Made by a program: the position numbers and the translations under genes
Notes under the pieces: model-generated
The model's database searches: none
Seen by the model: only the letters and a program-made list of their open reading frames with translations
What the model was told of the DNA's origin: nothing
Shown: piece after piece, positions 1 to 10,608 of the stretch
How the letters are laid out: each line of letters begins with the position of its first letter
Position numbering within the stretch: position 1 is the stretch's first letter
Source of the DNA: Candidatus Latescibacterota bacterium
GTDB taxonomy: Bacteria > Latescibacterota > UBA2968 > UBA8231
DNA length: 64,000 nt
NCBI GenBank assembly: GCA_965208105.1
Contig: OZ242318.1
Coordinates: forward strand, 3,328,001-3,392,000
Reading direction: 5' to 3'

Positions 1-202
1 TCGAAATCCTGGACGGTGATGGTGCGGAAGTCAGAAGGCAACATGCCTACGACGCCGAGGCGCATGATTACCCTTTCAAAATGGGGGAAAGCAAAAATAA
101 GGCAATATGTCGCGAAGGCAATATCGACCAATCTTGCCCGGGGAAAAACTGAAACCCATATTGTAGGCTCCGTTGCGGATCTTCTCAGGGTTGGGATAAT
201 TT

Positions 203-1003
203 GTGAATTTTCTGCTTGGATTTGGCATCTCCGTCGTCTCGGGACTCTATACTTCCTTGTGGGGAGCCTTCAAGGACTCCCCGTATGAAGGGTTCAAGCC
301 GGCAACATTCCCTCGCAGCGTCTACTTCAACGCGGCCATTTTTCTCCCGCTCTATTTCCTTCCTTATTTTCGCGAGAGCTTCAGGGACCTGGGACTGGTG
401 CAGATTTTTTTCCTGATCATGGGCCTGGAGCGCTTCATAGCAGAGCTATACAAGGGATTTTTCAGGACCGAAGACCAGGCCAAGTACTTCGTACCCTCCA
501 GGATCACCTTCTTCGGCCGGCCCATCCGCAGCGAGGGGCTGAGGTATGGGGCCGGAACAGTCCTCGTCGCCATCGTATTCTGCTTCCTGTTGATCGGCGT
601 CAGGATAGAAAGCTTTGCAGGTTTTGCTCTTACCGCCTATGCGACCGGTCTGCTGGTCGCGCTTGGAGGGGCCTACAAGGATGCTCCGTTCGAAGGATTC
701 AAGTGGTTGAAGTTTCAACGGTCCGCCGCCGTGCTTGTCCTCCTGTCTCCCCTATTCTATTTTCTCAACAATCCTCACACTCCGGTTTCTCTGGGATTTC
801 TCATCTACATGAATGGCGGTCTGGAGCGTTTCGCGATCGAGTACTACAAGACCTACGTCCAGAGGAATATGTCGGGGAAGTTCAGGCCGGATCTGGACCG
901 CATTGAGGAACAAGCGGACAAGCGCGAGAAGTACCACTACATGGCCCTGGTAATCATCGTTGCTCTGGCTTTCCTCTGCGCCTATGAAATCAGCGCGTTA
1001 TGA
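203..1003 (+). CDS. Hypothetical multi-pass membrane protein built from two homologous halves
   Basis: 266-aa hydrophobic ORF; internal repeat GAFKDSPYEGFK...GLERFIAELYK vs GAYKDAPFEGFK...GLERFAIEYYK; stop overlaps the next gene. Confidence 0.8.
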   Translation: MNFLLGFGISVVSGLYTSLWGAFKDSPYEGFKPATFPRSVYFNAAIFLPLYFLPYFRESFRDLGLVQIFFLIMGLERFIAELYKGFFRTEDQAKYFVPSRITFFGRPIRSEGLRYGAGTVLVAIVFCFLLIGVRIESFAGFALTAYATGLLVALGGAYKDAPFEGFKWLKFQRSAAVLVLLSPLFYFLNNPHTPVSLGFLIYMNGGLERFAIEYYKTYVQRNMSGKFRPDLDRIEEQADKREKYHYMALVIIVALAFLCAYEISAL

Positions 1004-2492
1004 CGCCCTCATAATCGGTTCGGGCTTTGGAGGGTCCGCCGCCGCCCACGCTCTGGCACAGGCGGGGCTGAAAACGATCCTGTTGGAGAGGGGGGGCTGG
1101 GCGAAGAGGGATGAAGGGGACTGGGACCAGCGCAAAATTCTACTCGAGCAAAGGTATAGAAGCGCTTCTCCCCTGCTCGTCAGGCAGTACAATGACAAAA
1201 AGTTCGAGCCGGTCTATCCCAACGAGGCAGTGGGAGGGATGTCGGTTTTCTACGGCGGAGCATCGCTGCGCTTGCGTGAGAACGACTTCGACAAGTGGCC
1301 GATAAAATACGCCGACCTGGAAGAATACTATTGCAAATCCGAACGCCTCCTCGGGGTCCACGGCGAGTCCGGAGAGGATGTATGCGAACCGCCGCGCTCC
1401 CAGGACTATCCGTTCGGCAGCATTGAGCTGTCCCCTCCGGCGCAGCGGATACGCGCTGCTGCGCACAAGATCGGCTACAGACCCGGCCGAATTCCGCTGG
1501 CCATCAACTTCGCCGACAGGAGAAGACCTTTCTGCGTCAGGTGCAACACTTGCGATGGGTTTCCCTGCAAGATAGAAGCCAAGAACGACCTCGCTGCGAC
1601 TGTCCTGCGGGAGGCCCAGGGCTTCGGCCTCGAGATCATGGCGGGTGCGATGGCAACGAAACTCCTGGAAAAAAAAGGCCGGATAGAATCGGTGGAATGC
1701 ATCGACAAGGAGTCGCGGCGGCCGTTTTCCCTCTCGGCCGGAATTGTGCTCGTCTGCGCCGGCGCCCTCCACAGTCCGGCCATTTTGCTGAGATCCAGAC
1801 TGGAAGGTGAGAAGAATCGCGAATTGGTCGGGCGCTACCTGATGCGCCACTGCAATGCGGTGGTGGGGTCCGTCTTTGCGCGCAGGACCAACCCGCAAAA
1901 CACCTTTCACAAGCAACTTTGCTTCACCGAGTTCTACGAGGACCTGCGCGAAAAGCTGGGTACGGCTGCCGGGATAATCCAGGACATCTATACCCCTGCT
2001 CCCGAGGTGATAGGACACCATGCTCCTCGGGGGCTCAAGAAGCTGTCCGGGCTCGTCGCCCGGCACATGCAGAATTTGCTCTGCATCGCCGAGGACGACC
2101 CCCAGTACGACAACGGGGTCACGCTGGCCGGGGGAAAGGACGTCTACGGAGTGGAAAAAATCCAGATTTATCACAGGTACACGAGAAACGACCGCGAGAG
2201 GCTCAACCATCTCATGGGCAAGGCCAGAAGGGTGCTGCGGGCAGCGGGCGGCGTCATTCCATATACCTATGCCATTAACTCGTTCTCTCACGCGGTGGGC
2301 ACCCTGCGCTTCGGGCACAGCCCCGGACATAGCGTCCTGGACGAGCACTGCCGGCTCTGGGGGCTGGACAATCTCTTTGTTCTGGATGGAAGTTTCATGC
2401 CTACCTCCGGGGGGGTCAATCCCAGCCTGACTATCGCGGCCAACGCATTCAGGGTGTCAGACCACATAATTTCCCATTCCGGAAAGCTCTGA
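984..2492 (+). CDS. GMC family FAD oxidoreductase
   Basis: GSGFGG Rossmann motif, CxxCxxCxxxxC, C-terminal HAVGT...DGSFMPTSGGVNPSLTIAANA; ATG 984 preferred over 960. Confidence 0.9.
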   Translation: MKSARYDALIIGSGFGGSAAAHALAQAGLKTILLERGGWAKRDEGDWDQRKILLEQRYRSASPLLVRQYNDKKFEPVYPNEAVGGMSVFYGGASLRLRENDFDKWPIKYADLEEYYCKSERLLGVHGESGEDVCEPPRSQDYPFGSIELSPPAQRIRAAAHKIGYRPGRIPLAINFADRRRPFCVRCNTCDGFPCKIEAKNDLAATVLREAQGFGLEIMAGAMATKLLEKKGRIESVECIDKESRRPFSLSAGIVLVCAGALHSPAILLRSRLEGEKNRELVGRYLMRHCNAVVGSVFARRTNPQNTFHKQLCFTEFYEDLREKLGTAAGIIQDIYTPAPEVIGHHAPRGLKKLSGLVARHMQNLLCIAEDDPQYDNGVTLAGGKDVYGVEKIQIYHRYTRNDRERLNHLMGKARRVLRAAGGVIPYTYAINSFSHAVGTLRFGHSPGHSVLDEHCRLWGLDNLFVLDGSFMPTSGGVNPSLTIAANAFRVSDHIISHSGKL

Positions 2493-2493
2493 A

Positions 2494-3450
2494 ATGAACG
2501 AGGTCTGTCTGGTGGGGTGCGGGAGCATCGGCAGGCTGCACGCGCGAAATTTGTCCGCGATGGCGAAGCTATCTTTCTGCAGCCGCACCAGGGCAAGCGC
2601 GGAGAGGCTACAGGGTGAATTCAAAGGGGGAGGGGTATTCGAACGGCTGGAGGACGTCCTGGACTCACCCCGGATCAAGGCCGTGGTCCTTGCAACGCCT
2701 CCCCAGGTACACCAGGAGCAAACGGTCGCGGCCTTGAGAGCGGGCAAATCGGTGCTGGTGGAGAAGCCCATGTGCCTCACCGCCGGGGAGGTCGGCGCGA
2801 TCGAGGCGGCTTTGAAGGAACGGCGGGACTGCTTCCTCATGGTCGCCGAAAACTACTACTACAAACCGTCGCTGGATTTGATGAAGAGATTGATCGCATC
2901 GGGCAGCATCGGCCGCATCGAGGTTGTGGATGTCAGGAAGCTCTTTGCGCTGGAGGCCACGGGGTGGAAAGGGGAATGCGGAGCTCTCCTCGAAGGCGGG
3001 GTCCACTTCGTCGCCCTCATTTCCGCGCTGTTCGACGCTGCTCCCGAGATGGTCAAGGCCGAGTTCCCCGGCCGCACGGCGGGGCAGGCGGAACGCAGCT
3101 CGATCGTCGACCTTGCCTATGCCGGCGGAGCCGCGGCCAGGTTGCGCTACGCGTGGAACGCGAGGAGTATCACCAGGGGTGTTTTTCAGCATTCCCGCAT
3201 CTGCGGAGACCAGGGTAAAATCACATTCGAGAGCAATGGAATCTACGTGTGGCTCAACTCCGGGAAAAGGAAAAGGCTCTTTGTTCCTGGGTTTTCGGAC
3301 CTGATGGGCTATCGCCGCATGAGCCGCGATTTCATCCATTGCCTGAACGACCCTGCAAAACAACCTTACTCGGATTTCCGCAAGGCCAGGAGAGACCTGG
3401 GCATCGTCTTCAAGGCCTATGCCGGACTGCAGGATGGAGAAGATCCATGA
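2494..3450 (+). CDS. Gfo/Idh/MocA family oxidoreductase
   Basis: [26 protein letters not shown] motifs. Confidence 0.9.
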   Translation: MNEVCLVGCGSIGRLHARNLSAMAKLSFCSRTRASAERLQGEFKGGGVFERLEDVLDSPRIKAVVLATPPQVHQEQTVAALRAGKSVLVEKPMCLTAGEVGAIEAALKERRDCFLMVAENYYYKPSLDLMKRLIASGSIGRIEVVDVRKLFALEATGWKGECGALLEGGVHFVALISALFDAAPEMVKAEFPGRTAGQAERSSIVDLAYAGGAAARLRYAWNARSITRGVFQHSRICGDQGKITFESNGIYVWLNSGKRKRLFVPGFSDLMGYRRMSRDFIHCLNDPAKQPYSDFRKARRDLGIVFKAYAGLQDGEDP

Positions 3451-5132
3451 GCGCGACAGCCGAGAAGATCATCTACTCCATGGTCGGAGTGAGCAAGTAC
3501 CACAACAAGAAGGCGGTGCTGAAAAATATCTCCTTGTCCTACTTCTACGGGGCCAAGATCGGCGTCCTCGGGGCGAACGGAGCAGGGAAAAGCTCATTGC
3601 TGCGCATCCTTGCGGGGGTCGACGAGGAATTCGAAGGCAGGACCGCCGTTTCCCCCGGACACACCGTGGGCTTCCTCGAGCAGGAACCGCAGTTGGACCG
3701 GGGAAAGACGGTGCGCGAGATCGTCGAGGAGGGCGTGCGGGAAACTGTGGAGTTGCTGGCGGAATACAACCGGATCAACGACAGCTTCGCCGATCCCATG
3801 ACCGATGACGAAATGAATGCGCTGATAGAGAGGCAGGCTGCGGTCCAGGAGAAGCTCGACGCGATCAATGCCTGGGACCTGGACAGCCGCCTCGGGATGG
3901 CCATGGACGCACTGCGTTGTCCTCCGGAGGACATGTCCGTGGACCTGGTTTCCGGCGGCGAAAGGAGGAGGGTGGCGTTGTGCCGGCTGCTCCTCAAAAA
4001 GCCCGACATCCTGCTGCTGGACGAGCCCACGAACCACCTGGACGCCGAGTCGGTCGCCTGGTTGGAGCAGCACCTGCAGCATTATGCGGGCACCGTCATC
4101 GCCGTGACCCACGACCGCTATTTCCTCGACAACGTGGCCGGCTGGATACTCGAGCTGGACCGCGGAGAGGGTATCCCCTGGAAGGGGAACTACTCCTCCT
4201 GGCTGGAACAGAAGAGAGAGCGGCTGGAGCGGGAAGAAAAGGCCGAGGTCGAGCGCAAGAGGACCCTTGAGCGCGAATTGGATTGGATCCGGATGGCGCC
4301 CAAGGCGCGGCAGACCAAGAGTAAGGCCCGCATCAGAGCCTACGAGGAGCTGCTCAACCAGGAAAGCGAGAAGCGCGGCCGCGACCTGGAAATCTACATC
4401 CCTCCCGGTCCGCGCCTGGGGAACGTCGTCATCGAAGCCAGGGGCGCAGGCAAGGTCTACGGGGATCGAATCATTTTCGAAGACCTGAGCTTCGTCCTGC
4501 CGCCCGGCGGCATCGCCGGTGTGATAGGCGCCAATGGCGCGGGCAAGACCACCCTGTTCAGGCTGATCACCGGCCAGGAGGAGGCGGACGGCGGATCGGT
4601 CCGCCTGGGGGAGACGGTTGAACTGGCCCACGTGGACCAGAGCCGCGAAACCTTGTCGGCGGAGAAGAATGTCTGGGAGGAGATCTCGGGAGGAGAGGAC
4701 GAAATCGCCCTGGGCGGGAGGCGGGTCAACTCGCGGGCGTACGTGGCGCGCTTCAATTTTGCCGGTGCCGATCAGCAGAAGCCGGTAGGGTCCCTTTCCG
4801 GGGGGGAGCGCAACCGGGTTCACCTGGCCAAGATGCTCAAGCAGGGGGCGAACGTGCTTCTCCTGGACGAGCCTACCAACGACCTGGACGTCAACACCAT
4901 GCGCGCCCTGGAGGAGGCCCTGGAGAATTTCGCCGGTTGCGCGGTGATCATCAGCCACGACCGCTGGTTTCTCGACCGCGTGGCCACCCATATCCTGGCC
5001 TTCGAGGGCGACAGCCGGGTGGCCTGGTTCGAAGGCAACTACTCCGAGTACGCCGCCAACCGCAGGGAGCGCCTGGGCACCGAGTCGGAGGTCCCAGAGC
5101 GCATCAAGTACCGCCAGCTTACCCGCGATTGA
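3447..5132 (+). CDS. ettA: Energy-dependent translational throttle protein EttA (ABC-F)
   Basis: Two ABC cassettes ([25 protein letters not shown]; [16 protein letters not shown]), ELDWIR linker, ends IKYRQLTRD; ATGA overlap with upstream stop. Confidence 0.95.
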   Translation: MSATAEKIIYSMVGVSKYHNKKAVLKNISLSYFYGAKIGVLGANGAGKSSLLRILAGVDEEFEGRTAVSPGHTVGFLEQEPQLDRGKTVREIVEEGVRETVELLAEYNRINDSFADPMTDDEMNALIERQAAVQEKLDAINAWDLDSRLGMAMDALRCPPEDMSVDLVSGGERRRVALCRLLLKKPDILLLDEPTNHLDAESVAWLEQHLQHYAGTVIAVTHDRYFLDNVAGWILELDRGEGIPWKGNYSSWLEQKRERLEREEKAEVERKRTLERELDWIRMAPKARQTKSKARIRAYEELLNQESEKRGRDLEIYIPPGPRLGNVVIEARGAGKVYGDRIIFEDLSFVLPPGGIAGVIGANGAGKTTLFRLITGQEEADGGSVRLGETVELAHVDQSRETLSAEKNVWEEISGGEDEIALGGRRVNSRAYVARFNFAGADQQKPVGSLSGGERNRVHLAKMLKQGANVLLLDEPTNDLDVNTMRALEEALENFAGCAVIISHDRWFLDRVATHILAFEGDSRVAWFEGNYSEYAANRRERLGTESEVPERIKYRQLTRD

Positions 5133-5269
5133 GCCGGCGCGGCCGAGCTCCTCCCGAAGCTGCGGCCGCCGCTCTCCACCCCTTTCCTCCTTTGACTCCG
5201 ACTACCTGCCGGTCTAACTTTTCCCTGTCGCTCCGCTTCTCACCGTGAACGGAACGCAGCCGAATCTGA

Positions 5270-6391
5270 TTGGAGAGCTTTCCCGTGCCGGGAAACGACA
5301 ACGCCTACGTCGAATTCGAGGGCGTCAGCAAGAGCTACGACGGGCATACAACGGTGGTCGGAAACCTCGACCTGAGGGTCCGCAAAGGGGAATTTCTGAC
5401 CCTGCTCGGACCCTCCGGCTCGGGCAAGACAACCTGCCTGATGATGCTTGCCGGATTCGAGGTGCCTAGCTCCGGCGCAATCCGCATCGACGGCCGCTCG
5501 GTGCACGCGCTGCCGCCGCGCCGCCGCGGTATCGGCATGGTATTCCAGAACTATGCCCTCTTCCCCCACATGACCGTGGGCCGCAACCTCGCTTTCCCGC
5601 TCGAGGTGCGCGGGCTCGACGCCGAGGAGTGCCGGGAGCGGGTGGAGCGGGCCCTGCAGCTGGTCCGCCTCGAGGGTCTCCAGGACCGGCGACCGGCCCA
5701 GCTCTCCGGCGGCCAGCAGCAGCGGGTGGCCATCGCCCGGGCGCTGATATTCGATCCCGCCCTGGTGCTGATGGACGAACCGCTCGGCGCCCTCGACCGG
5801 CGCTTGCGCGAGGAGATGCAGTACGAGATCCGGCGCATCCACCAGAGCCTCGGGGTGACCGTGGTGTACGTCACCCACGACCAGCAGGAGGCCATGGTGA
5901 TGTCGGACCGCATTGCCGTGCTGCGCGGGGGGGACATCGAGCAGATCGCCGAACCCGAAGCCCTCTACGAAGAGCCGGAGTGTTCCTTCGTCGCCCGTTT
6001 CGTCGGGGAGAACAACCGCCTGCAGGGAAGGGTCGCCGCCGTCGACGGGGACATTTGCACGGTGGAAAGCGGCGATCAAATCATCCGGGCCTTGCGCGTT
6101 GCGCCCTGCGGTCCCGGCGACCGCACCACCCTGTCCATCAGACCCGAGCGCGTCGCCATTGCCCCCGATCCCGGCCTCTACACCAACGAGCTCGACGCGA
6201 TCATCGAGGACATCACCTTCCTCGGCGATCACCTGCGCCTGCGCCTGACCGTGTGCGGCTGCTCGGACTTCATCGCCAAAATCCCCAACGTCGTCGGCCA
6301 CGGCGGCGTGCTGACCGGAGACCGCGTCCGCATAGGCTGGACTCCCACCGACTGCCGGGTCCTCGACCCCGACGATGAGGATGGGGCGTGA
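5270..6391 (+). CDS. potA: Polyamine ABC transporter ATP-binding subunit (PotA family)
   Basis: GPSGSGKT, VFQNYALFPHMTV, LSGGQQQR, C-terminal TOBE-like region; start TTG 5270 or GTG 5285. Confidence 0.9.
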   Translation: MESFPVPGNDNAYVEFEGVSKSYDGHTTVVGNLDLRVRKGEFLTLLGPSGSGKTTCLMMLAGFEVPSSGAIRIDGRSVHALPPRRRGIGMVFQNYALFPHMTVGRNLAFPLEVRGLDAEECRERVERALQLVRLEGLQDRRPAQLSGGQQQRVAIARALIFDPALVLMDEPLGALDRRLREEMQYEIRRIHQSLGVTVVYVTHDQQEAMVMSDRIAVLRGGDIEQIAEPEALYEEPECSFVARFVGENNRLQGRVAAVDGDICTVESGDQIIRALRVAPCGPGDRTTLSIRPERVAIAPDPGLYTNELDAIIEDITFLGDHLRLRLTVCGCSDFIAKIPNVVGHGGVLTGDRVRIGWTPTDCRVLDPDDEDGA

Positions 6392-6472
6392 GGGCGTAAA
6401 GAGGGCAGAGTCGGTTCTGGTGGAATGGCAGAGTCAGAGAGATCAAGAAACAATCAGGGAAGCCTACCTCGG

Positions 6473-7261
6473 ATGGGACGCATTGATTCGTGTTTGATCT
6501 GCTCCACTCCACGTACAGGCAGTACCTTGTTGTGTGGATTGCTGGCGTCCTCCGAAGTCGCGGGTCGTCCTGAATCATACTTCCGCCAGCCCGATGAGCA
6601 AAGGTGGGCGGCCCGATGGGACATTGTCCGCTCGTCCGACAGGGGCTTCGAATATTCCGAATTCGTGCGAGCGGCCCTTGCCGCGGGCAGGACCGAAAAC
6701 GGAGTATTTGCCGCCAGGATTATGTGGGGAACTTTGGACTATATGGTCGCCAGGTTGGGGACGGTATATCCAGCTCTCATTGGTAGCGATATTGACCTGT
6801 TGACCCGTGCGTTCGGCCATACGCGCTTTGTCCATTTACAGCGCGACGATGTTCTGGCGCAGGCCGTGTCGTGGCACCGCGCCGAGCAAACCAACGTTTG
6901 GTTTGAGACCGATCAGTCGAAATCGGAACAGCCGGAACAAGAGCCGCGCTTCGACTTCGGTCAGATCTGCAAGTTGGTTCAGGTGATTGACGAGCACAAT
7001 GCGGCATGGCGGGAGTGGTTTGCTTCGGTTGGTATTCAGCCGCACCGGGTGTGGTACGAAGACCTTGATGCCGACCCCGTAAGTGTGACCTGTGGTATCC
7101 TTGACTTCCTCGGCCTCCAGCTACCACCCGGGCGAGAGCTCCGGATACGCCACAGGCGCTTGGCTGACCAACTCAACGCCCAATGGATCGACCGCTACCG
7201 AGCCGAGTTGGCAGAACGCTTGATTGTATCCTCGGAGTCTGGAAAGAGCCAATTCGCATAA
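6473..7261 (+). CDS. Stf0/NodH family sulfotransferase
   Basis: 5'-PSB loop TPRTGSTLLC, GRPESYF, RDDVLAQAVS 3'-PB motif, YEDL; alternative start 6425. Confidence 0.88.
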   Translation: MGRIDSCLICSTPRTGSTLLCGLLASSEVAGRPESYFRQPDEQRWAARWDIVRSSDRGFEYSEFVRAALAAGRTENGVFAARIMWGTLDYMVARLGTVYPALIGSDIDLLTRAFGHTRFVHLQRDDVLAQAVSWHRAEQTNVWFETDQSKSEQPEQEPRFDFGQICKLVQVIDEHNAAWREWFASVGIQPHRVWYEDLDADPVSVTCGILDFLGLQLPPGRELRIRHRRLADQLNAQWIDRYRAELAERLIVSSESGKSQFA

Positions 7262-7335
7262 CGCGACCGCGCCTGGATTTGGGCTGGGCCCTTCGCGCTA
7301 CCTCTGTGCGGTCCGGGCACCCCCAGACGTTAGCA
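7256..7335 (+). repeat. Degenerate attC-like site
   Basis: GCATAAC (contains the Stf0 stop TAA) ... GTTAGCA, inner imperfect stem GCGCCTGGA/TCCGGGCAC; 80 bp. Confidence 0.5.
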
Positions 7336-7391
7336 GCAAGCGGCTTTAGGGAGCCAATCAAAGTACTCGAATTTAAAAAGGAATTTTCGAT

Positions 7392-8135
7392 ATGCCAGGT
7401 GTCATGTCATGGGAGGAAATGAACTGGCTTTTGCCTGATTTTGATGAGACTGGGTTGATCTATCACGGAAGTCAACCTGAGGACCTCGTTAGTATATTCC
7501 AAAATGGACTGATCCCCCGGTACAAATGTCCAAGGGATCGTGCTGAAACTATCTACAATGCGCACTACCGGAACCGGCCAAAGTCCATTCCTGACTGGGT
7601 GGATCCGAGGCAATGCATTTTCGGTTACATGAACAGGGACAGGCAAGGAGGGTTCGACGGAATTGTGGACGGCAGAGTCATCGGAGTAACAATTGGCATT
7701 GAAGCGACCGCTCGTGTACGGAATCGGACCTGGACAGCCTGTTTCCTGTTTTCAGATATGGTGTACTGTCCAGAGGAAGCGGGGTACTTCGACACGCAGG
7801 AGAGAAAAACCTTTTTTAAGGAGAGGATCGAGCCGATTTCCTGTGGAGCATACTGGAAGACCAGCCTTTCCTTTGACGAAAACCTGAAGATTCGCTGGGA
7901 TCACCTGCTTACCATGCAGCAATATCATGAGCTATTGATCTGTACGGAGATCGATCCTGAGTTGCTAAGTCTCCAAGGGTTCAAAGTACGGGGGCGTAAT
8001 GGGATACGCGAGGTTCTAAAAAGTGACCTGGGCGAGGTGTTTGAGAATGCCGAAGAGAAGCTCCGGAACAACATGGCAATTGTGCAGGAACTGAAGGAAG
8101 TCACCGAGTTCAGCGGGAGGGCAGCCAGTGCCTGA
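7392..8135 (+). CDS. Hypothetical protein with ADP-ribosyltransferase-like (DarT/KptA/PARP-type) motifs
   Basis: LIYHGS...SIFQNGLIP N-terminal motif; YHELLICTEIDPELL resembles the catalytic-Glu strand of ART folds. Confidence 0.6.
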   Translation: MPGVMSWEEMNWLLPDFDETGLIYHGSQPEDLVSIFQNGLIPRYKCPRDRAETIYNAHYRNRPKSIPDWVDPRQCIFGYMNRDRQGGFDGIVDGRVIGVTIGIEATARVRNRTWTACFLFSDMVYCPEEAGYFDTQERKTFFKERIEPISCGAYWKTSLSFDENLKIRWDHLLTMQQYHELLICTEIDPELLSLQGFKVRGRNGIREVLKSDLGEVFENAEEKLRNNMAIVQELKEVTEFSGRAASA

Positions 8136-8243
8136 CAACACGGTTCGCGCTGCGCCGCCCATGGCGCTATGGTCCTGCGGCAATCTTTTGAGGTTCGAAC
8201 ACCCGCGAACTCTACCTGAAATGGATCGACCCTGACAGTGCGA

Positions 8244-9044
8244 ATGGCAACAACCATGATTGATGATTTCTATAGTTCGGGAGCAGAGCATTACGACGCG
8301 GCGTACAGCGTCAAGGACGATCTGGTGGACAGATACTTCTACCTCGACCTGGCAGATGAGTATGGAGGACCTGTTCTCGAGTTTGGCTGCGGTACCGGGA
8401 GAATCACCTTGCCTCTGGCGCGAAAAGGTGTGAACGTCACGGGGATTGATGCTTCTCATTCCATGCTGGAGGTCCTGCGCGCAAAGCTCGCCGGAGAACG
8501 CGAAGGAGTACGGCGGAGAACGAGGGTAATTGAGGGAGATTTTCGAAACCACAAAATCGGTGACCGGTTTCCCCTCGTAGTAATCCCATTCAGGCCCATG
8601 CAGCATATGTACACTGCGGATGACCAGCTATCGGCTCTGAATAACGCCGGGAGACATTTGGCAGATGGCGGGGTTCTCGCGTTCGATGTGTTCAATCCCA
8701 GTTTCGAAAAAATTCTCGGGGGCATCGGCGAAGAGTACCTGGACCTGGAGTGGCCTGTAGAAGGTGCACCTGGCCGGATGATACGACGCTACTTTGTAAA
8801 GGACGAGATCGATCTGATAAACCTGAATTTCTCGGGCAGGTTCATCTTCAGGTTGTGCGAGGGTGACCAGGTTCTCTCTGAGGAAGTGCAGCCGTTGAAG
8901 ATGAGCTTCTATACCTATCCTCACCTCAAGGCACTTTTCTGCGCTGCAGGTCTTGAGAGTGCAGGAGAATTCGGAGCATTCGATCGGAGACCGATAGGGC
9001 CGGAGGCACCCGAAATGATATTTCTGCTGAAGCGTCGGCGGTAA
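8244..9044 (+). CDS. Class I SAM-dependent methyltransferase
   Basis: VLEFGCGTGR motif I, GIDAS motif II, HLADGGVLAFD; start could be 8238-8256. Confidence 0.9.
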   Translation: MATTMIDDFYSSGAEHYDAAYSVKDDLVDRYFYLDLADEYGGPVLEFGCGTGRITLPLARKGVNVTGIDASHSMLEVLRAKLAGEREGVRRRTRVIEGDFRNHKIGDRFPLVVIPFRPMQHMYTADDQLSALNNAGRHLADGGVLAFDVFNPSFEKILGGIGEEYLDLEWPVEGAPGRMIRRYFVKDEIDLINLNFSGRFIFRLCEGDQVLSEEVQPLKMSFYTYPHLKALFCAAGLESAGEFGAFDRRPIGPEAPEMIFLLKRRR

Positions 9045-9158
9045 TCCTTTTTGGTTCCACTTTCAATGGCATCCGGTCCAGGTAATCTCCCCCCTCAGCC
9101 TTAGAGGCTAAACGTAATCTGAACTGGAGGTCTTCATATCGCAACTTGCGCGCCCAAA

Positions 9159-9923
9159 ATGGACCTGCCTGACCTTCTCCACATCGAATTCGAGACGAAC
9201 GGAGTTGGATGGATAGGTTACGTCGCTGAACTTCCCGGAGCATTTGTCCGAGGACCCACCGAAGAGGTGAGCTTGTCCAAGGGCGAGAAGGAGGTACGGC
9301 GATACGCGCACTGGCTTGGGCTCGAGCCCAAGGTCTCTTGTTCGCTGCTGCGAACCAGGGTTCATCGAAGCGGACTGTGTGTCGAAGACGCGGACAACGA
9401 AATCCTTCTGGAGTACGACAGGGGGAGGCTGAATCGGTCCACCTTCGATCGATGGTTTCAGATAGCTTTGTTTTCCGGTGCCTGCTTCCAGGAACTGTAC
9501 GATGCTGCGACGCTTCGAGACTGGAGAGATCCGGCTCGAGATCGGGAGACTTTCAACGGAACCGCGCCTTGCTCAATCCGGGAGGTGTATCAGCACGTGG
9601 ATCGCGTACAGGGATACTACCAGCAGTGCCTGGGACTTACACCGGATTTCGGGTCGTGTTCATTCACAGGGCGCAGACGTGAATGCTTGGCGCGCATATC
9701 CGAGTTGTACGGGCGCAACTCAGGACTAAGTGTGCGCCGGGAGGACGGTGAGGAGTGGACGACAGCAAAGGCCCTGCGGCGGTATATCTGGCACGATCGC
9801 ATCCACGCGAAGTCAATCGTCCGTACCTTGCAGAGGCAAATTGAAGAGGGACTTCTCGACCAGTTCCACGATCCCTTCAAGTTCGGAGCCCTGCAGACGG
9901 GTATCCGTTCAGATCTCGTCTGA
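9159..9923 (+). CDS. Hypothetical protein with HicB-like N-terminus and DinB-like C-terminus
   Basis: GYVAELPGAFVRGPTEE (HicB-like); IREVYQHV and WTTAKALRRYIWHDRIHAK (DinB-type His residues). Confidence 0.7.
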   Translation: MDLPDLLHIEFETNGVGWIGYVAELPGAFVRGPTEEVSLSKGEKEVRRYAHWLGLEPKVSCSLLRTRVHRSGLCVEDADNEILLEYDRGRLNRSTFDRWFQIALFSGACFQELYDAATLRDWRDPARDRETFNGTAPCSIREVYQHVDRVQGYYQQCLGLTPDFGSCSFTGRRRECLARISELYGRNSGLSVRREDGEEWTTAKALRRYIWHDRIHAKSIVRTLQRQIEEGLLDQFHDPFKFGALQTGIRSDLV

Positions 9924-9997
9924 CACCTCCACCTGCGCTGCGCCCCTTCCGCTTCTTGTTGTCCTTCGGCAACCGCTTCGCGGGTTGCAAGTTGAGC
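9918..9997 (+). repeat. Degenerate attC-like site
   Basis: GTCTGAC (contains stop TGA)-ACCTCC-ACCTGCG ... CGCGGGT-TGCAA-GTTGAGC (GTTRRRY); 80 bp; next ATG 5 nt later. Confidence 0.5.
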
Positions 9998-10002
9998 ATG
10001 TC

Positions 10003-10512
10003 ATGGATTTCACAATTGAGCAAATTGACGAGGGGCACCCGCGGTGGGCGGAATTGACTGCGTTCATTGAGGCAAATGAATTATCACGAAATGGAGTTTA
10101 CGCGGAAAAGTCGGCTCGGTGTCTGCTTGCGGCAATCTTGGGTGACAAAATTGTCGGGTTCTTGATGTTTCGCGTTCAACCGATCGGCCCCGAAGCAGGC
10201 TGTCCGGTTTTATGCGATCGGAATGGAATTGCGCTGACCGAGGCAAAGATACGTTCATTTCTGGTAATTGAAGGTTACAGGGGAAGAGGAATTGGTACGG
10301 CATTACAGAGGGGAGCGTTGGTGCGAGCTGCCGACATGGGAGTGTATCAGGTGAGGTCACGCAGTGATGTTTCACGAAAAGCGAACTACGCTATCAAGCT
10401 AAAGCTTGGCTACGCCGTCAGCCCGGAAATCACCGACGTAAAGGACGACAGCAAGCCGGGTGGTATACGTCGTACCCAAGGTTACTGCTTTGTAAAGCGG
10501 ACCGATTCATAG
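10003..10512 (+). CDS. GNAT family N-acetyltransferase
   Basis: Acetyl-CoA motif YRGRGIGTAL, ANYAIKLKLGY; ATG 10003. Confidence 0.85.
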   Translation: MDFTIEQIDEGHPRWAELTAFIEANELSRNGVYAEKSARCLLAAILGDKIVGFLMFRVQPIGPEAGCPVLCDRNGIALTEAKIRSFLVIEGYRGRGIGTALQRGALVRAADMGVYQVRSRSDVSRKANYAIKLKLGYAVSPEITDVKDDSKPGGIRRTQGYCFVKRTDS

Positions 10513-10541
10513 TAGAATCCACGTGGGTTTTATCGCGCATC

Positions 10542-10608
10542 CTCCAACAGCGTGTTTTGCCCTGTGTAACTACGGCGGCTTGGCCTTTGGCAAAACCCGA
10601 TGTCTGGA
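10542..10608 (+). repeat. Degenerate attC-like site
   Basis: CTCCAAC-AGCGT-GTTTTGCC ... GGCAAAAC-CCGAT-GTCTGGA: R''-spacer-L''...L'-spacer-R' geometry. Confidence 0.45.

Noticed and set aside
1140-2348. Long antisense/alternate-frame ORFs (also 3594-4991, 20908-22647, 43066-44244, 48934-50439, 51199-52770, 57825-59489)
   Set aside because: Shadows of well-supported genes in high-GC DNA; no recognisable motifs
9045-9158. Expected attC-like site between the methyltransferase and the HicB/DinB gene
   Set aside because: No RYYYAAC/GTTRRRY pair or convincing stem found
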